This document shows positions 21,531 through 24,000 of a stretch of DNA of 24,000 bases, one piece after another. Made by a program: the position numbers and the translations under genes. Within the stretch, counting starts at the first letter, position 1. The number at the start of each line of letters is the position of its first letter. Source of the DNA: Microbacterium pygmaeum (GTDB taxonomy: Bacteria; Actinomycetota; Actinomycetes; Actinomycetales; Microbacteriaceae); the NCBI RefSeq assembly GCF_900100885.1, contig NZ_LT629692.1, positions 1,809,966 through 1,833,965 of the forward strand, read 5' to 3'. Below the pieces are notes generated by a model. It was not told where the DNA came from and ran no database searches. It was given only the letters and a program-made list of their open reading frames with translations.

Positions 21531-22099
21531 TGTCCCCCTAGGAGATCAATCGCAGCCCGACCAATTCGTGCGCGAGTTAGTCAGAACGTACACCGACTAG
21601 TTTTCGATACGTGGGAGCGCCGCGGCCGCCCGGTCATGTACCGGGTGTTGGTTGGTGGGCCGGCCCTGGAGTACGCCGATCTGCAGGGTTCGCGTGCGAA
21701 GGCTGCGCGAGGACACACAATCGAGCATCGGAAGTTCTAGATGGACATCGCATGTGACATTCGCCGCCGCGCTGGTGCTCGGTCCCAAAGCCGGTCCATC
21801 AGCACCGTGCGGTTCACCCACAGACCCGATCGCAGCGAAGCGTCGCGGGCGGCGGAGGGCGCGCCCAGGAAAGGCCCACGTTGCGAGTAGCCAACGCGAA
21901 GCGTCGTCCAGCAGAGCAGCGGTGAGCGGACAGTGCTCCGAAACGGAGGACAGCAGAACAGCGATTCCATACAACAATGCACGCAGGCGCCAATCGGTGA
22001 CAGCCTGATCCGCGCTTCATCCAGAAGCATCCCGCTACACGTTCCCGCAAACCGCAAAAAAGCCTGGCCAGACGCTAAAAGTGGTCATACTCTGGCGCT

Positions 22100-24000
22100 A
22101 TGCGCGGAGGCCTGCAGCGATGGAAGAGAGGCGCCGGATCCGGTGGAGTCGGGCGAGCAATCGACTACGCGGTCAAGGGGACCTGCGACGCACACCTCCA
22201 CCTTTCGACCGGGTCCGATGCACTCGAGTTGTACAGCAATGTCGCCGACGCGAGCGTCACCCGATTCGTGGTTACGAATGGCGCCATCCACGCAGACGAG
22301 CTATCGGCGAGTGCACTCCGGGTGTGGCTCACCGGACACGACCCGGTCACAGGGGAGGAGCGCGGATCCCAACGGCTCAGTGCAGACGCCGACCTCCTAC
22401 TCGATGCAACGCTCAACCACCCCAAGTCGTACAGCATCGCTGCGCTGCTCCATCCGGATCTAGCGACCGAGTTCGAGTCGCTGCAGGACCGCCTACGTGA
22501 CCGGATCCTGACCACCTGGCTAAACGAGCTCAACGCACGTCGCGGTCACGGCGGACTCATCCGGGAAGACATCACCCGCATCGAGGTCGTCGAGCTCAAC
22601 CACCGTCGCTCGCGCGCGCTCGATCCGCACAACCACCGCCACTTCTGGTTGAACGTGAAGGTGCTCGGCACGGACGGCAAGTGGTCCAACGTCGACTCGC
22701 GGGTCGCGATGAAGCTCCACACGCTGATCAACGCCGAAGGCGAGCTCGCCGCGCGCACCGACCCGCAGTGGCTTGCGGCGCTCGCTCGGCACGGATTCAC
22801 CCTCGACGGTGACGGCGAGGTCGCTGAGCTGGCGGGCGTAGTCCGACCGTTCTCACGTCGGTCGGCGCAGATCGAGGCGAACCGAGCCAAGCTCATCGCG
22901 GAGTGGAGTGCCGAGCACGAAGGCGCGAGCCCCAGCATCCGCGTCTTGACGCAAATCGACCGCCGCGCATGGGCGATGTCGCGACCCAACAAGCCCGCCG
23001 ACCTCGACGAGCAATCGTGGGAGGCGACCGTCCGCGACGAGCTTGCGAGTATCGACCCTCGCGCCGCGCTCGACCGTGCGCCAATTCTTCTCGTCTCGAC
23101 TCCGCTCGACGAACTGGACCTCGACCTGCTTGCCGACGCCGCGGTCGTTGATGCAGACGAGCGGTCAACCCGCTCCGGCGGAAGATTCAGCGCGTTCGAC
23201 CTCCGCGCCGGCGCCACCCGCGCTCTCGCGGGGAGCGGCGTCGTCGCGCCCAGGGACGAACTGACCTCGACAATCGACGCGATCGCACAGCGAGCACACC
23301 GTAAGTCCGTACGGCTCACGAAGGACGCCGACATCCCAGGTCACGTCAAAGCGTTCATGGCAACCGAGACGGTGCGCCTGAAGATGCGCCTCGTCAGCCG
23401 CTTTGACGCTCTGGCAACCCCGGGCCGCTCGCTTCTGCCGCAGGAGTTGCGTCAGGCCGCCGCTTCCGGAGACGTCGAGCAGCTGGATCCCTCACAGCTC
23501 GCCGCCGCCTGCGTCATTGCCGGGACGGGCGGCCTCGTCGCCATCACCGGTCCGGCCGGGGCGGGCAAGACCACGATGCTGCGCGTCGCGCACGAGGCGC
23601 TGCGAGGACAATACCGACGGATGCTGGTGGTCGCACCGACGCGCAAGGCGGCGTCCGTCGCGTCACGTGAGGTGGGTGCCGAGGCGTCGAGCCTGCATGC
23701 TCTGCTCGCTGACCACGGCTACCGCTGGAACACCGATGCGGCCGGCGCGCAGGTGTGGACGCGGCTGTTGTTCGGCGAGGCGGACCCGGATAGTGGGGTC
23801 GTCTATACGGGGCCTTCGCGGTTTGAGCTGCGACCCGGCGATCGGATCGTGGTGGACGAGGCCGGCATGGTCGATCTGCAGACCGCGGATGCACTCGCCG
23901 ATCTCGCGCTCCAGCATCAGGTGAGCGTCGCGATGGTGGGCGATCCGTACCAGGCGCTTCCGGTCGGGCACGCGGGAGCGATGGCATCCGCAGTGCGCTT
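22100..24000 (+). CDS. traA: MobF-family conjugative relaxase (TrwC/TraA-type) fused to a RecD-like helicase, truncated by the window end
   Basis: This frame is not in the ORF track because it never terminates. It is my own translation from ATG 22100, the first start after an in-frame TAA at 22076. It reads MRGGLQRWKRGAGSGGVGRAIDYAVKG...NHPKSYSIAALL...ELNHRRSRALDPHNHRHFWLNVKV (relaxase His-triad motif H-x-x-S-R-x-x-D-P-H-x-H-x-H). Further on it has ITGPAGAGKTT (Walker A), RIVVDEAGMV (Walker B) and MVGDPYQALPV. Confidence 0.88.
   Translation, partial: MRGGLQRWKRGAGSGGVGRAIDYAVKGTCDAHLHLSTGSDALELYSNVADASVTRFVVTNGAIHADELSASALRVWLTGHDPVTGEERGSQRLSADADLLLDATLNHPKSYSIAALLHPDLATEFESLQDRLRDRILTTWLNELNARRGHGGLIREDITRIEVVELNHRRSRALDPHNHRHFWLNVKVLGTDGKWSNVDSRVAMKLHTLINAEGELAARTDPQWLAALARHGFTLDGDGEVAELAGVVRPFSRRSAQIEANRAKLIAEWSAEHEGASPSIRVLTQIDRRAWAMSRPNKPADLDEQSWEATVRDELASIDPRAALDRAPILLVSTPLDELDLDLLADAAVVDADERSTRSGGRFSAFDLRAGATRALAGSGVVAPRDELTSTIDAIAQRAHRKSVRLTKDADIPGHVKAFMATETVRLKMRLVSRFDALATPGRSLLPQELRQAAASGDVEQLDPSQLAAACVIAGTGGLVAITGPAGAGKTTMLRVAHEALRGQYRRMLVVAPTRKAASVASREVGAEASSLHALLADHGYRWNTDAAGAQVWTRLLFGEADPDSGVVYTGPSRFELRPGDRIVVDEAGMVDLQTADALADLALQHQVSVAMVGDPYQALPVGHAGAMASAVR

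Larger units (their letters stand above)
3931..24000. mobile_element. tRNA-Arg-integrated genomic island, a putative integrative mobilizable/conjugative element carrying defence cargo. The left end is at the tRNA 3' end and the right end is beyond the window.
   Basis: A tyrosine integrase lies directly next to a tRNA 3' end, and a MobF relaxase sits at the far end. Codon usage changes visibly at the tRNA. Third positions are almost all G/C in 1084-3777, whereas codons ending in A/T are frequent in 5.7-21.5 kb. The content is dominated by nucleases, methyltransferase and NTPases. I could not find the att direct repeat copy inside the window. Confidence 0.7.

Noticed and set aside
21597-21977. 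126-aa minus-strand ORF upstream of the relaxase as a possible accessory or relaxosome gene
   Set aside because: Third-position G/C bias is only moderate and there is no recognisable motif. It overlaps three other equally weak ORFs. I kept it only as something to test in the oriT-region finding.
22546-23334. 262-aa minus-strand ORF and several 60-170-aa ORFs in 22081-23987
   Set aside because: They are antisense to or out of frame with the open-ended relaxase frame. That frame carries unmistakable TrwC/TraA and RecD-like motifs. These ORFs are Ser/Arg/Ala-rich artefacts.

Overview
High-GC, Actinomycetota-like chromosomal window with leaderless and GTG starts and many 4-8 nt start/stop overlaps. 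The left ~3.9 kb looks like core genome. It holds a divergent MFS transporter/TetR pair and an 897-aa glycine-rich protein with coiled-coil and TM-hairpin regions. A tRNA-Arg(CCU)-like gene at 3884-3955 is followed by a tyrosine integrase and about 20 kb of visibly less GC-biased accessory DNA. This DNA runs to the window end, where a MobF (TrwC/TraA-type) relaxase-helicase begins. I read it as an integrative mobilizable or conjugative element whose right end is outside the window, and its cargo is essentially a defence island. Recognisable cargo is a MazG-like pyrophosphohydrolase coupled to a GIY-YIG/DUF2075 P-loop protein, a FokI-type restriction enzyme with an m5C methyltransferase and a divergent Vsr, and an ImmA/IrrE-PIN pair. 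Two modules have no known-system match that I can recall and are my best candidates for an undescribed system. (1) A tightly coupled four-gene operon at 11145-14924 on the minus strand, built around a 641-aa GHKL (Bergerat-fold) ATPase with three unrecognisable partners and a divergent stand-alone PD-(D/E)XK nuclease. (2) A three-gene operon at 19589-21530 on the minus strand encoding an archaeal-type adenylate-kinase-like P-loop kinase, a BpsA/DUF43-like SAM-dependent transferase and a 182-aa unknown protein. That unknown protein has a diverged paralog 2 kb away at 17117-17854, on the other side of the ImmA-PIN pair. No CRISPR array, rRNA, or IS/transposase was seen. All domain calls come from reading motifs by eye, and no searches were run.
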